A stretch of 62,835 nt of DNA from Fibrobacteria bacterium (GCA_041746255.1 JBGTHM010000123.1:1-62835); one strand, 5' to 3'. Positions 38,362-48,613 are shown, numbered from the stretch's first letter. A program made the numbers and translations. Notes: a model not told the origin generated them from the letters alone.

Positions 38362-39488
38362 AAATTGGAGTAACCTGTTATTCGACCTATGGGGGCAGCG
38401 GGGTGCTGGCTTCCGAACTCGGTAAATTCCTGGCCAAACGAGGCCACGAGGTGCATTTCATCACTGCCGAAATTCCCTACCGCCTGCAAAGGGATTTTCA
38501 GGAGCGCATCTACTTCCATAGCGTGGACATGGAAAACTACCCGCTTTTCGAACATCCTCCCTACGACTTGGCCCTTGCCTCCAAGATGAAAGACGTGATT
38601 CTGTCCGAAAACCTGGATTTGCTGCATGTGCATTACGCCATTCCCCATGCGATTTGCGCCTATCTCGCGGCCGAAATGGTTAGGCCTCGCCGAATTCCCA
38701 TTGTTACCACGCTTCATGGTACGGATATTACCCTGGTTGGCCGGCAAAAAAGCTTTTTCGATATCACCCGGTTGGGAATCAACCGTAGCACGGCAGTTAC
38801 TGCAGTTTCCAACTACCTGAAACAGGAAACGGATCGCATTTTCTATCCGGAAACGCCGGTGGAGCGCATCCATAATTTCGTGGATCCCGATCTGTTCCGC
38901 CGTTCGGTCGGAGCTTGCCACCGGAGTAATTTTGCCCGGCCCGACCAAATCCTCTACATCCATATTTCCAATTTCCGGCCGGTGAAGCGCATTGAGGACG
39001 TGGTCCGGATTTTCGCGCGGGTGCGCCAGGAAGTCGACGGAGTGCTCTTGATGGTGGGTGAAGGACCCAAATTGCTGGATGCACAGGAATTGGCGAAAAG
39101 CCTGAACGTGACGCCTTACGTGCGTTTTCTGGGTAAACAGCAGGATATCGCCGCCATACTCGGTTGCGCGGACGTATTGCTGTTCCCTTCCGAAGTGGAG
39201 AGTTTCGGCTTGGCTCCCCTGGAAGCCATGGCTTGCGAGGTTCCCGTAATCGGTTCGAATTCGGGAGGTATGCCCGAGGTGGTCAAGCACGGTAAAACTG
39301 GATATTTATCCGCCGTGGGGGACGTGGATAGCATGGCCCGCCACGCAGTCGATTTGGGACGCGATGCGGATTTGCGTATCGGCATGGGACGTGAGGGCCG
39401 TCGGGTCGCGGAAACCGAATTCCACCCCGACATTCTGGTACCGCAATACGAGAAAATCTACCAAGAGGCGTTGCAGCGGGCGGAATGA
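38358..39488 (+). CDS. bshA: N-acetyl-alpha-D-glucosaminyl L-malate synthase BshA
   Basis: MKIGVTCYSTYGGSGV.A.ELG, LHVHYAIPHA, TTLHGTDITLVG, HISNFRPVKR, ESFGL..LEAMAC. Confidence 0.95.
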   Translation: MKIGVTCYSTYGGSGVLASELGKFLAKRGHEVHFITAEIPYRLQRDFQERIYFHSVDMENYPLFEHPPYDLALASKMKDVILSENLDLLHVHYAIPHAICAYLAAEMVRPRRIPIVTTLHGTDITLVGRQKSFFDITRLGINRSTAVTAVSNYLKQETDRIFYPETPVERIHNFVDPDLFRRSVGACHRSNFARPDQILYIHISNFRPVKRIEDVVRIFARVRQEVDGVLLMVGEGPKLLDAQELAKSLNVTPYVRFLGKQQDIAAILGCADVLLFPSEVESFGLAPLEAMACEVPVIGSNSGGMPEVVKHGKTGYLSAVGDVDSMARHAVDLGRDADLRIGMGREGRRVAETEFHPDILVPQYEKIYQEALQRAE

Positions 39489-39489
39489 T

Positions 39490-39621
39490 TTCGGGAGACC
39501 TGCCCGAGGTGGTCAAGAACGGAAAAACTGGGTATTTATCTGCAAGTCGGAATTCCACTCCGACAGCATCGCACCGCAATACGAAAAATTCTGCGCAGAG
39601 GCGCTACACCAGGCGGGCTGA
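39490..39621 (+). pseudogene. Diverged, internally deleted second copy of the bshA 3' end
   Basis: 39491-39540 matches 39261-39310 at 44/50 nt. 39550-39621 encodes EFHSDSIAPQYEKFCAEALHQAG* versus EFHPDILVPQYEKIYQEALQRAE* in bshA. Confidence 0.85.
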
Positions 39622-39673
39622 CCCGATACGGATGAACCGGATTCGGGGATTCCGCTGTGTGCAAGGGTTAAGC

Positions 39674-41236
39674 ATGGCTGTATTCGAAATCAATTCCCCG
39701 CTCCTCAAGGTCGGGGTTTTTCTTTGGACCGCGAGCATGACGAATTGGGCGCGAGCCGAATTGAGTGGCCGCGTAACCGATATGAACGGCACTCCGCTGG
39801 CGAATGTGACGGTGGAACGCATCGGCCCAAGACAAAGCGTTATAACGGACGAAGAGGGTAAATACTTCTTTTCGAAAAGGGTCTCTTACCGGTCGGACCC
39901 CGTTCCTAGTTCCCCACCTTCGTTGCTAAGGGGGCGGTTTTCCCCTATTTTGGTTAACCGATCCGAAAAAGAGAATTCGGATTTCACCGATATCCAGGGG
40001 AAACGGCAAACACCGGGAAGGAAATTCCAAAAACGGGAGGAAGGAAACTCCGAACTCATCCGGTTGTCGCATTCCGCCGTGCCGCTCAAGTCTCCCGCCT
40101 CCGCGCACGATTCCCTGCACTTCAATATCCAGGGGTATGAAGACGCGGTATTCCCTGTTTCCGGCACCGGATCCGGGCCGTTGCCCGACATACGCCTGAA
40201 GCCCGGATTGTCATTCGAACCCTTTTTTACCGGATCGGGTGTCATCACCGATTTCGTCACAGGCAAGCCGGTTCGGATAGCCAAGGAGAACATGTACCAT
40301 GTCCTGTATCTTGGCGATGGATATACTCAACACGACATCCGTGCTGGCCGCTATCGCGCCGATGCGAAGCGGTGGTACGACGACGTCTTCCGTTTGGCGC
40401 CGCTCAATTCTTTCAAAGAGGCCTTCGTCATCTGGACCTTGCCCGTGCCTTCGCCGAACCGTACCGGGCAGGGCGCCACTTATTTCGAAACCCCTTTCGG
40501 GGGTTCATGGGGTAATAAAGGAGTTACTGCGCGCAGGATTTGGGAACTTCTCGACCGTCATCCCTTCAAGCCCAAACACTTCGATGGGGGCACTGCGCGC
40601 AATTGGGTGGTGCAAATGGCCGTGTTGGATCCCCAAGCCGGGCGCAGCGGCTTCTCCGGTCATGCCAGTACCCATTTCAACCCCAAGAATCACCACGAGG
40701 CGGTGCAAACGGCGCTTGCCCAAAGCCACCACCATGAATTTTTGCATTCTTTCGGTCGCCTGGCGGATGAATATCATCATCGGGGCCATCGAGGCGCGCG
40801 ATTCAGTAAAACAGCCAATGTGACTCCGGAAAACCGTTGCAATAAACTGCCTTGGAAACACTTGCTTTATGGGAGCGAATTCAACCCGGGCGCGGATTCA
40901 CTTGTGGGAGCCTTCGGCCATCCCGATAAAGCCCGCTTCCACTCGGAGTTGAAATGCTTAATGAACGGCTCCCATCAGAATTCCGAAATATACGGGGGAT
41001 CCGATTATCTGCGGTCTCCGGACCGGTTATGTAATTGGTGCCGCGAATTGGCGATGTTCCGCCTCTACCATGGCTTGGGGCTGATTCCTGGCGGTGCCGG
41101 CGAGGCTTTTGCCCTGTGGGAGAAAGATTACCGGCGGCCTTTTTGGGAAGCCTTCCCGTTTGCGGTCCCGGGCATCTTGCCCCAGACCAACAGTGAGGGA
41201 CACAAGTGGTTTATGAATTGCGTCGCCGCGGATTAA
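39674..41236 (+). CDS. Secreted M64 (IgA peptidase)-like zinc metallopeptidase with N-terminal carboxypeptidase-regulatory-like domain
   Basis: Signal ending ARA|E; SGRVTD..G.PL.NV.V; LGDGYT; HEFLHSFGRLADEY; CLM...LCNWCRE. Start moved downstream of the bshA scar. Confidence 0.72.
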   Translation: MAVFEINSPLLKVGVFLWTASMTNWARAELSGRVTDMNGTPLANVTVERIGPRQSVITDEEGKYFFSKRVSYRSDPVPSSPPSLLRGRFSPILVNRSEKENSDFTDIQGKRQTPGRKFQKREEGNSELIRLSHSAVPLKSPASAHDSLHFNIQGYEDAVFPVSGTGSGPLPDIRLKPGLSFEPFFTGSGVITDFVTGKPVRIAKENMYHVLYLGDGYTQHDIRAGRYRADAKRWYDDVFRLAPLNSFKEAFVIWTLPVPSPNRTGQGATYFETPFGGSWGNKGVTARRIWELLDRHPFKPKHFDGGTARNWVVQMAVLDPQAGRSGFSGHASTHFNPKNHHEAVQTALAQSHHHEFLHSFGRLADEYHHRGHRGARFSKTANVTPENRCNKLPWKHLLYGSEFNPGADSLVGAFGHPDKARFHSELKCLMNGSHQNSEIYGGSDYLRSPDRLCNWCRELAMFRLYHGLGLIPGGAGEAFALWEKDYRRPFWEAFPFAVPGILPQTNSEGHKWFMNCVAAD

Positions 41237-41249
41237 GAGTGCCTAACAG

Positions 41250-41840
41250 CTACTTCTCCAGCTTTCCCTTGGTGGATGGCACTCCTGCGACTCGCTTGGA
41301 TGGCGATAGAGCCATGGCCAGAGCCCGAGCGAAGGCCTTGAAAATGGCCTCGATGGCGTGATGGGTATTCGCTCCCCGCAAAAGGTCAACATGGAGGTTC
41401 ATTTTCGCATGTTCGGCCAGGCTTTGGAAAAAATGCGGAACCAGTTCCGTATCGAGATTCCCCGCCTTGTCCGCTCCCAGGGGTGCGTTCCAAACCAGGG
41501 CGAATCGGCCACTCAAGTCCAGGGCGCATCGGCATAAGGCCTCATCCATCGTCACATAGTAAAAGCCGTAACGCTCGATACCTGTTTTATTGCCCAAGGC
41601 TTGCGCCAAGGCTTGGCCCAGGCATATCGCGATATCTTCGACGGAATGGTGCATGTCGATATGCGTATCCCCCTTGCAGGTCACGGAAAGACCCACTCCG
41701 GCGTGCTTGCGTAAGGCATCGAGCATATGGTCGAGAAATCCGGAACCGGTATCGAGGTTGCCTTCGAAAGAATGGTCCAGATCCAGCAAGACGCGAATAT
41801 CGGTCTCCTTGGTTTTTCGTGAGATTTCCGCTTTCCGCAT
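41250..41840 (-). CDS. hisB: Imidazoleglycerol-phosphate dehydratase
   Basis: RKTKETDI, FLDHML, DMHHSVED, MDEAL, NTHHAIEAIFKA, PSTKG. Confidence 0.97.
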   Translation of the reverse strand: MRKAEISRKTKETDIRVLLDLDHSFEGNLDTGSGFLDHMLDALRKHAGVGLSVTCKGDTHIDMHHSVEDIAICLGQALAQALGNKTGIERYGFYYVTMDEALCRCALDLSGRFALVWNAPLGADKAGNLDTELVPHFFQSLAEHAKMNLHVDLLRGANTHHAIEAIFKAFARALAMALSPSKRVAGVPSTKGKLEK

Positions 41841-41848
41841 AGAGGCTC

Positions 41849-42037
41849 CTATTCAGAATCGGTCTGGGCGCCGGGTTGAGACTTATTCTGCGCTAATCGG
41901 GGAGGGAATCTTTTTTCCAAGGCCTCTTGAAGCCGGCGGATTTTTTTTTCGAGGCCGTTCACGCTTAGGCTCAAAAACAATACGCTGAGTATGAGGAGAG
42001 GGAATATGAGAAGCAACAGCCAGGCGGCCATAATCAA
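41849..42037 (-). CDS. Small single-TM protein
   Basis: N-terminal hydrophobic helix and coiled coil; overlaps the upstream stop in the operon. Confidence 0.55.
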   Translation of the reverse strand: MIMAAWLLLLIFPLLILSVLFLSLSVNGLEKKIRRLQEALEKRFPPRLAQNKSQPGAQTDSE

Positions 42038-42840
42038 ATCGGGTTGACGGTGTCGTTGAATATCTTGAAGTTTTTCTGAGTCGGTACGAAACGCGCAGAT
42101 CCCGAAATGACTTGCAGGGCCGAGGCTACATCCGTGTAGACGAATATGGTGTCCTCCCGCGGAATCTGCATCTGCTTGCCGATACGCAAATAGGCGTTAT
42201 AGTCGGGCTTGCCCATCCTAACGATGCGGACCTGTACGCTGTCGCGCAGGGGGCGAATGGTTACTTTCTCTCCGACTTCCGCATTCCGCGACTGGGCGGG
42301 TATGCTATCCTGGACAAGGGTATCGGAGTCGGGGGCCAAAGAGGTTCCCTCCAAGGCGGTATCACCTTGATCCAACAGCGAATCCAGTGGCGCGGGGCCT
42401 GGATTCAATTCCGGTTCCTGTCCGCTTCGGTTTAAAAGGGTGATGAGCAGCACGAGAATGGCCAAGGCGATGAGGATGGCGAAGAATACCTGTCTATGCA
42501 CCACCCGGTACTTCGGTCCCTGATCGAGATAAGGTGCGGCCTGGACCGCGGCGGGAGAAGCACCGACTTCACCGTTATAGCGCGCGATCACCGCCTGGGA
42601 GTCGAGGTGCAGGTATCGTGAGATGGATCCCAATAGCGCGCGAATATAGGGGTCGCCCGCCAAATGGTGATATTGTCCACTTTCGAGGGCTTCCAGCACC
42701 GTGCGGTTGACGCGTAGATCGGAACAAAGCTTTTCGGCGTCGACGCCTTTGGCTTCCCGGGTTTTGCGCAGCCACTGGCCGACCTTTTCTTTGCCGGATT
42801 CGCCGTCCGTCGACTTGGGATTGGGATTGTTTTCGCTCAT
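42034..42840 (-). CDS. RodZ-like HTH membrane protein
   Basis: GQWLRKTREAKG...LEALESG.Y..L...YIR..L..I.RYL.LD, followed by one TM helix. Confidence 0.8.
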   Translation of the reverse strand: MSENNPNPKSTDGESGKEKVGQWLRKTREAKGVDAEKLCSDLRVNRTVLEALESGQYHHLAGDPYIRALLGSISRYLHLDSQAVIARYNGEVGASPAAVQAAPYLDQGPKYRVVHRQVFFAILIALAILVLLITLLNRSGQEPELNPGPAPLDSLLDQGDTALEGTSLAPDSDTLVQDSIPAQSRNAEVGEKVTIRPLRDSVQVRIVRMGKPDYNAYLRIGKQMQIPREDTIFVYTDVASALQVISGSARFVPTQKNFKIFNDTVNPI

Positions 42841-43412
42841 GTTGGCTTCGTGATCGTCCGTGTGAAAGAATCGAGCAGCCTGAGGGTAAGTTGAACCGGC
42901 AGACCCATAACATTATAAAAACACCCGTTGACCTTCTCAACCAGGGAGGCGCCTCGACCTTGTATGCCATAGGCCCCCGCTTTGTCCATCGGTTCGCCGG
43001 TTTTAACGTATTCTTCGGCTTTTCGGCGGTCGAAGGGGGCGAAAACCACCTGTGATTTTTCACTTCCGGCCGCGAATATTTTTCCTTTATACGCCAATGC
43101 CACTCCCGTTATCACGGTATGCTCCCGATTATTCAGAGCGAGCAGGGTTTCGACCGCTTCCTCGGTGGTGCGGGGTTTGCCCAGGATGCTATCCCCCAGC
43201 AAAACGATGGTATCCGCGCCCAGCACGGGCAAGGTAGTCTCCGGTGTGCTCACGGAGAGCGCTTTACCGCGGGCCAGTCTTTCCGGCAAAGTTTCCGGGT
43301 CGCCCAGCATATCCTCCTCGAATCTTGGATCCTGGGAGGTAAAGGAAATGCCCAGCATTTCCAAGATTTGCTTTCTTCTCGGAGAGAGGCTGGCCAGAAT
43401 CAATTGCGACAA
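42837..43412 (-). CDS. maf: Maf-family nucleoside triphosphate pyrophosphatase
   Basis: LILASLSPRR, GADTIV, ILGKP, GEPMDKAGAYGIQG, NVMGLP; probable TTG start at 43412. Confidence 0.95.
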   Translation of the reverse strand: MSQLILASLSPRRKQILEMLGISFTSQDPRFEEDMLGDPETLPERLARGKALSVSTPETTLPVLGADTIVLLGDSILGKPRTTEEAVETLLALNNREHTVITGVALAYKGKIFAAGSEKSQVVFAPFDRRKAEEYVKTGEPMDKAGAYGIQGRGASLVEKVNGCFYNVMGLPVQLTLRLLDSFTRTITKPT

Positions 43413-43482
43413 TGCGATCCCTTCTTGGGCTAGGTCGGGGCAAAATCTAGTTATCACGTAGGCTTAAGTGGGAATTCTTTCT

Positions 43483-45954
43483 TCACTCCCCCAGACGTCG
43501 GGTGCGCGTATCGCTGGTTTCCAGCTTGAGATCCGGTAAATCCCGCAGGCGAATGAGAAATCGCCAGCCTTCGGAAATACCCACCGGAGTCCAACTGAAC
43601 TCCATGTCCCAACAGCTGATGGTGCGTAGGAATCCGAAACTATGCTTGGTAAAGGTGCCTTCCGAAAAATTGTAGTCGGTTGCATAACTCATGTCCCAGC
43701 CGGGCGTCGGGTTTAGTTTGATGCGGGCATCGGCCTGGTGCGTGCGGGTCAAACGGAAAACGTCCGGAGCCACCCGGTTGGCACGGAAGTCGAAGCTGTA
43801 ATTCAATCCTGCTGACCAGGGGCTTTGGGAAAACTTTTCGGACGGGAGGCCCGCGTTGGTTTCTGCGCGCGCGCCCGTATTGAAATCGCCGCCTACCGTG
43901 ATTCCTTTTCGCCAATTGAAACCGTAGGAAGTGAGCAGGGGAAAAATGACTTGATCGCGAATCGCCGGATCGGTTTCGAAAGGGTCGTATAAGGAATGGG
44001 TGGTGTTTAAGGTGAAGGGAATGGTCGGCGTGAAATAGGCGGTGAAGGAGCTGGAAATGTCGGCCCATTCCCGGTCGCGGGCGAAATTATAATTGGTCGA
44101 AGAATTTGCGGACAAAACCTTCATGGTTTTCGCGGGCTCGGCCTTCTTGTCCGCGCCTCCGGCCAGTTTCATTTCCACTTCGTTGCCCAGTTGGAAGCCG
44201 ACCGTACGTTCTTCGGCTTGATAGGCAGTGCCTCCAATTTTAGGATGGGGATAATAATGGGTGTTCGAGTCGAGTTCGGGGGCGAAAAGGAGGCCGATTT
44301 GGGGAATCACGGTATGGCGGATGCCTTCCACGGCGCCGAACCAGGGATTTGCGCCGGCCATGGCGATTCCGTATAGGCGCGTATCCAGATCGAAGCCTGT
44401 GTTGAAAAAGGAAAAATGATCGCCCAATCGCCCCGCGCCCGGATCGTAGTCGATTTCGGGCAATCCCGCCGGGTCACGCGAATGCAGGCTCCATATCTGC
44501 CGGAAATTGGCGGAGGGAGTGAGGTTGATGTAATTCCCCAGCTGATACTTGCCTCGCAGCCCCGCCTGGTGCGTATAACCGACATAGACGTTGCTGTCGG
44601 GTGGACTTGCGCCGATTTCGGGGCGCTGAACCTGATTGACGTTAAAGCGGTTGTCATAGTTGAAGTTCAGTTTGTGGTACCACCTTTCCAAGTTGGGTTC
44701 CACGTCGTCAATCCAATCGGATCGCGCCATGGAAAACAGCGGCCCTCCGGCGCGGAAGGTAAAATCCGGAATGCTTCGATCCACCAAATCTTCCGCCAGG
44801 TTATGGTCCTGGTTCAGGTTGAGATTGAGGCTTGCACCCATCCAATCGAATTGGCGCCGATAGCCCAGGTTTGCGTTTGCCGTCTGCCGGACTTTCTCTT
44901 CCTCAGTTAGGGCATTCTGGTCAACCACCCGGCTGTCGGATTGAAAGCGACCCCCGCCTTTGAGAGTCTGACGCCCATCGGGGGTAATGCTCTGGTCGTG
45001 GGTGAAATCGGTATGCCATCCCGAATTGGCGGGATTGAATTCACTGATATAATATTTGCCTCCCAGGCTTCCGGTCAGCCTGTAACGTCGGCTATACCGA
45101 TAATCCCAATTCAGGTTGGTTTTGTCGAAAGTGCCGGACTCTCCTTCGATGATGTCTCCGCTCAATTGCAAGTCCATGTATTCGCTGGTGGCCCAGTAAA
45201 ACCCCATGCCCAGCAAATAAAAACCCTGGGTTTGATCGCCTCCGAATTTCGGCTGAAGGAGGCCCGATCGCCGCCCCTTCCCCAAAGGCAGGTACATCAT
45301 GGGAAGTACGGCTACGGGCACCTCCTGGATGTTCATGACGATGGGCCCCGAAAGGGCTCGCTGGTTGGGCTCCACAATCATGCGTCGGCTGTAAAAGTAG
45401 GTGTCGGTCGGATCTTCGCAGGTGGAGAAGCAGCCTCGAGCGATGTAGATCTCTCCACTCGGTTGGCGCCTGATTTCCACTCCCGTGAACATCTCCCGGT
45501 CGCGCCGGGAGTAGCCATAATAGATCTCGCCCACCTTGGTTTTCAGGTTGTAACGCATTTTCTCACCGTAAATGGGAGGGTTGCCGACATCAGTCACCAC
45601 AGGTCTACCCATGGCTTCCACCAGGTCGCGATCATTGAAAAACAGGATGGTATCCGCTCGCAGTTGCGAGCCCCTATAGGTGAGCAAGGCCTTTTCGGTC
45701 AGAGAAAAGCTGTCGTTGCGGTATCGGATACGGTGGGCGGAATAGGTTACCGTATCCGCCAAGCTATCGTTTGCGGATCGGACCGCAGCCGAATCGGCGG
45801 CGAGGCGCACGGAATCGGCGACAACGGCGGGCGGCGCGTCGACGGGTGTCAATGCCTGGCCAAAAGCGCCGGAGGCGAGCGCCAAAAAGGCGAAAATTAT
45901 GCCAGGCCACCCACTCCCGGGCTTCCCGGTCCGCCACGAATTATGCGTAATCAA
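43483..45954 (-). CDS. lptD: LPS-assembly protein LptD (Bacteroidota/Fibrobacterota type)
   Basis: Signal peptide, OstA-like N-domain, FSTC, RRSGLLQP.FG, GFYWA.SEY.D, C-terminal CWDM.F.W.P. Confidence 0.85.
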   Translation of the reverse strand: MITHNSWRTGKPGSGWPGIIFAFLALASGAFGQALTPVDAPPAVVADSVRLAADSAAVRSANDSLADTVTYSAHRIRYRNDSFSLTEKALLTYRGSQLRADTILFFNDRDLVEAMGRPVVTDVGNPPIYGEKMRYNLKTKVGEIYYGYSRRDREMFTGVEIRRQPSGEIYIARGCFSTCEDPTDTYFYSRRMIVEPNQRALSGPIVMNIQEVPVAVLPMMYLPLGKGRRSGLLQPKFGGDQTQGFYLLGMGFYWATSEYMDLQLSGDIIEGESGTFDKTNLNWDYRYSRRYRLTGSLGGKYYISEFNPANSGWHTDFTHDQSITPDGRQTLKGGGRFQSDSRVVDQNALTEEEKVRQTANANLGYRRQFDWMGASLNLNLNQDHNLAEDLVDRSIPDFTFRAGGPLFSMARSDWIDDVEPNLERWYHKLNFNYDNRFNVNQVQRPEIGASPPDSNVYVGYTHQAGLRGKYQLGNYINLTPSANFRQIWSLHSRDPAGLPEIDYDPGAGRLGDHFSFFNTGFDLDTRLYGIAMAGANPWFGAVEGIRHTVIPQIGLLFAPELDSNTHYYPHPKIGGTAYQAEERTVGFQLGNEVEMKLAGGADKKAEPAKTMKVLSANSSTNYNFARDREWADISSSFTAYFTPTIPFTLNTTHSLYDPFETDPAIRDQVIFPLLTSYGFNWRKGITVGGDFNTGARAETNAGLPSEKFSQSPWSAGLNYSFDFRANRVAPDVFRLTRTHQADARIKLNPTPGWDMSYATDYNFSEGTFTKHSFGFLRTISCWDMEFSWTPVGISEGWRFLIRLRDLPDLKLETSDTRTRRLGE

Positions 45955-46032
45955 CCCCTATACCTTATCGCCGGAGGGCAACAAAGTATAAAAATCGGCT
46001 TTTTGAAGAGAGTCTGAAACGCTTTGCGGGAG

Positions 46033-46332
46033 TCAAAGAAGTTTAAGACGCTCTTCGGGAGAGAGCAAGGTTACCAAGCGGACGGCAAAATTCTCGTTGA
46101 TGACGGCAACTTCGCCCTTGGCCATGGCTCTGCCGTTGATGACGACGTCGACAGGTTCACCGGCGAGTCTTTCCAGTTTGACGGTTTGCCCGGGAGACAA
46201 ATCCAGCAATTGCCGCACCGTCATTTGCTTGTGACCCAGTTCCAACGAAAGGGGCAGACTGATATCCTGGAGTTGATCCATGGTCAGTTTTTTCCGGCTG
46301 GAGCGCCGGTATTCCCGGTTATTTGTGGCCAT
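46033..46332 (-). CDS. fliN: FliN/SpoA-domain protein
   Basis: LQDISLPLSLELG...LL.L.PG..V.L.RLAGEPVDV.ING..MAKGEV.VINENFAVR. Confidence 0.85.
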   Translation of the reverse strand: MATNNREYRRSSRKKLTMDQLQDISLPLSLELGHKQMTVRQLLDLSPGQTVKLERLAGEPVDVVINGRAMAKGEVAVINENFAVRLVTLLSPEERLKLL

Positions 46333-46387
46333 AATCCGAATTATACCCCATTTCGCGGGAAGAAGCCAAAGCGGCGGCGCTCCGTCT

Positions 46388-47290
46388 TCATTCTTCCAGA
46401 ATGGATAGGAAGACCCGGGCTTTATCCATTTCCTCCCGGCAGCTTACCCCGAACTCTTCCAGTTCCACAGCGTCTTTTTCGAACCGGACCGCCATATCCG
46501 GATCGAGGTTATGGCTCAAATCGGCATCATGGGCTCCTAGTGGGAAAAGCACATGGGCCATGGCATTGGCAACGTGGACGATTTCCCACAGATAGGGAGT
46601 CGATGACGGCCCACCGGATCGGGAGGGAGGGCTGGTGGCTTCCGCCAAAGCGGGCTGGTGGTGGTATTCAATCGCCAGGCACAACTCTGCCGGAAAATTC
46701 CAGGCTCTGGCCAGCCATGCCCCCATATCCTCATGACTGAAGCCTAAAAATTGCAATTCCGCTTCACGCTGGGAAGCTTGTCCCAGCGGGGCCTGGACGA
46801 TGATTTTTTCCCAGGCTTCGCCCAGATATTGGGTTATGACCAAGCGGCCGATGTCGTGAAGGAGCCCGCCGATGAAGGCCTCTTCCGCGTCCAAACCATT
46901 TTCACGGGCCAATATTTTGGCGGCCGAAGCCGTTGCGATGGAATGCTCCCAAAATACCCGCAAATCAAAATGCGGATTGACTTGGGTTTGTTTCAGCGAT
47001 TGTAAGACCGAAGTGGTCAGCACGAGATTGCGCAGGGTATGGTGTCCCAAAATGACTACCGCCTGAGAAATGGTACCGATGCGACCTGGAAACCCATAAA
47101 AGGCGGAGTTGACCAGTTTGAGCATTTTCGTGGCGAGAGCGGGTTCGGCGGAAACGGCCCGTCCGATATCATCGGCGGTGGTGCGCGGATCTTGAAGCAG
47201 GCGGATAAGCGTGGCCAGGATTTCGGGTAATGCCGGAAGGTCGCTGATGGAAGCGATGGTTTTCTGAAGAATCTTTGCGGTTTGGGACAC
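46388..47290 (-). CDS. HDOD-domain protein
   Basis: LPALP, LKLVNSAFYG, FWEHS, GLLHDIGRL, HEDMGAWL..W.FP, HHQP; probable GTG start at 47290 after GGAGG. Confidence 0.9.
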   Translation of the reverse strand: MSQTAKILQKTIASISDLPALPEILATLIRLLQDPRTTADDIGRAVSAEPALATKMLKLVNSAFYGFPGRIGTISQAVVILGHHTLRNLVLTTSVLQSLKQTQVNPHFDLRVFWEHSIATASAAKILARENGLDAEEAFIGGLLHDIGRLVITQYLGEAWEKIIVQAPLGQASQREAELQFLGFSHEDMGAWLARAWNFPAELCLAIEYHHQPALAEATSPPSRSGGPSSTPYLWEIVHVANAMAHVLFPLGAHDADLSHNLDPDMAVRFEKDAVELEEFGVSCREEMDKARVFLSILEE

Positions 47291-47425
47291 ACGGCCTCCG
47301 GGAGGGGCATCCCTTGAGAGGGATGCCGGTATGCGGATTATTTTAACGCTGATCGGGAGAGACAAGCAATCGAAAATATAGGAGAATGGTAGCGGAGATT
47401 CCCTCTCGGAAAAACGTTCGACCCG

Positions 47426-48613
47426 ATGCCCATGCGAAATCAATACCCTCGCGGCTGCTTGCAAACGGCGCTGTTTTTGTTTTTGGCTTCACCAGCCGCC
47501 GCCGATAAGAGCCAGGATGTCTTGCGCGCTTTGGGAAGCGGGTTCGGCAAGGCCAGCACGACTTCAATTGTGATTACAGGCATACTTCTGATAGGTGCCT
47601 TGGCCGGTCTTACGATTTGGGAGATCTCCCGGGCGGGGAACCGGAAGAGGGAGCGCCAAGCCGTGGGCTGGCGCTATTTCTCCGAGTTGGCGCAACGCAG
47701 AGGCCTTACCGCGGGCGAGTCCGATGTGCTGAAGCGTATCGTAGAAGCCGGTGGGCTTACCAGCGCGGACATGATTTTCGAATCGGCCCATCTGTACGAA
47801 GACGCGCTTTGGGCTTATCTGGAAAAAATTTCCTCCAAACTGGAAAAGGAGCCTCTGCATTATGTGCAGTTGAGGGGATTACGCTTGAAATTGGGGTATG
47901 CAAGGTTACCGCCTGAGGTACCGTTGACCGGCAGCCGTCAGTTCGATGCGGGCATGTCGATTAAAATCGTGCTACCTGGGGGAGACGAGGAAAGTGCCGT
48001 CCAGGGTTCGATTCTCGACGTGAATGAAAAGAATTGGGCCGTTGGCTTTGAAGACAAGGGCCTAATCGAAAAAGCCTCGCCCGGATCCCTGCTCGGGGTA
48101 TCCCTCATACGGTCGGGTGACGGCGAATACCGTGCAAATGTGGCCATTCAGGGATTTAAGGTCAGTGAGGGAGTGGTTTATGTCGAGCATACGCGGAAGC
48201 TGGAGCGTAAGCAATTACGCAATTGGGTTCGCGTGGATGTGAACATTCCTTGTCGGGTTACGGTAATCCGTATGCATGCGGAATTCGACGATTCGGACCT
48301 GCCCGTGCGGGGAGAGGTTTTGGAGGGCCGGCTTATCGACTTGAGCGGAGGGGGTGCTTGCGCCCGGTTCCCCTCTCCTTTGCCTAAAGGTTGTCAGCTT
48401 TCCCTCAATTTCGATTTACCGGGAACCTCGCTGCGCGGGATCCGCTCCCAGGTCATGCGGTTTACGGTGAGCAACCGGGGTGGACGCGATCATTTCGAGC
48501 ATAATCTGAAATTCGAATCCCTCGAAACGGCGGCGCAGGAAAAGGTGGTGCGGTACGTGTTCGAGAAACAGCGGGTTGATTCGCAGCTGAAAGGCCCCGT
48601 TCCGGAAAGTTGA
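47426..48613 (+). CDS. Membrane-anchored YcgR-like PilZ-domain protein
   Basis: Signal/TM region; QLRNWVRV (RxxxR) and DLSGGG (DxSxxG) c-di-GMP motifs. Confidence 0.85.
   Translation: MPMRNQYPRGCLQTALFLFLASPAAADKSQDVLRALGSGFGKASTTSIVITGILLIGALAGLTIWEISRAGNRKRERQAVGWRYFSELAQRRGLTAGESDVLKRIVEAGGLTSADMIFESAHLYEDALWAYLEKISSKLEKEPLHYVQLRGLRLKLGYARLPPEVPLTGSRQFDAGMSIKIVLPGGDEESAVQGSILDVNEKNWAVGFEDKGLIEKASPGSLLGVSLIRSGDGEYRANVAIQGFKVSEGVVYVEHTRKLERKQLRNWVRVDVNIPCRVTVIRMHAEFDDSDLPVRGEVLEGRLIDLSGGGACARFPSPLPKGCQLSLNFDLPGTSLRGIRSQVMRFTVSNRGGRDHFEHNLKFESLETAAQEKVVRYVFEKQRVDSQLKGPVPES

Noticed and set aside
39485..39673. N-terminal extension of the 583-aa peptidase ORF
   Set aside because: Mostly translates the bshA scar; the signal peptide starts further downstream
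47291..47464. Head-to-head overlap of the HDOD and PilZ genes
   Set aside because: Disappears when the HDOD start is placed at GTG 47290 behind GGAGG
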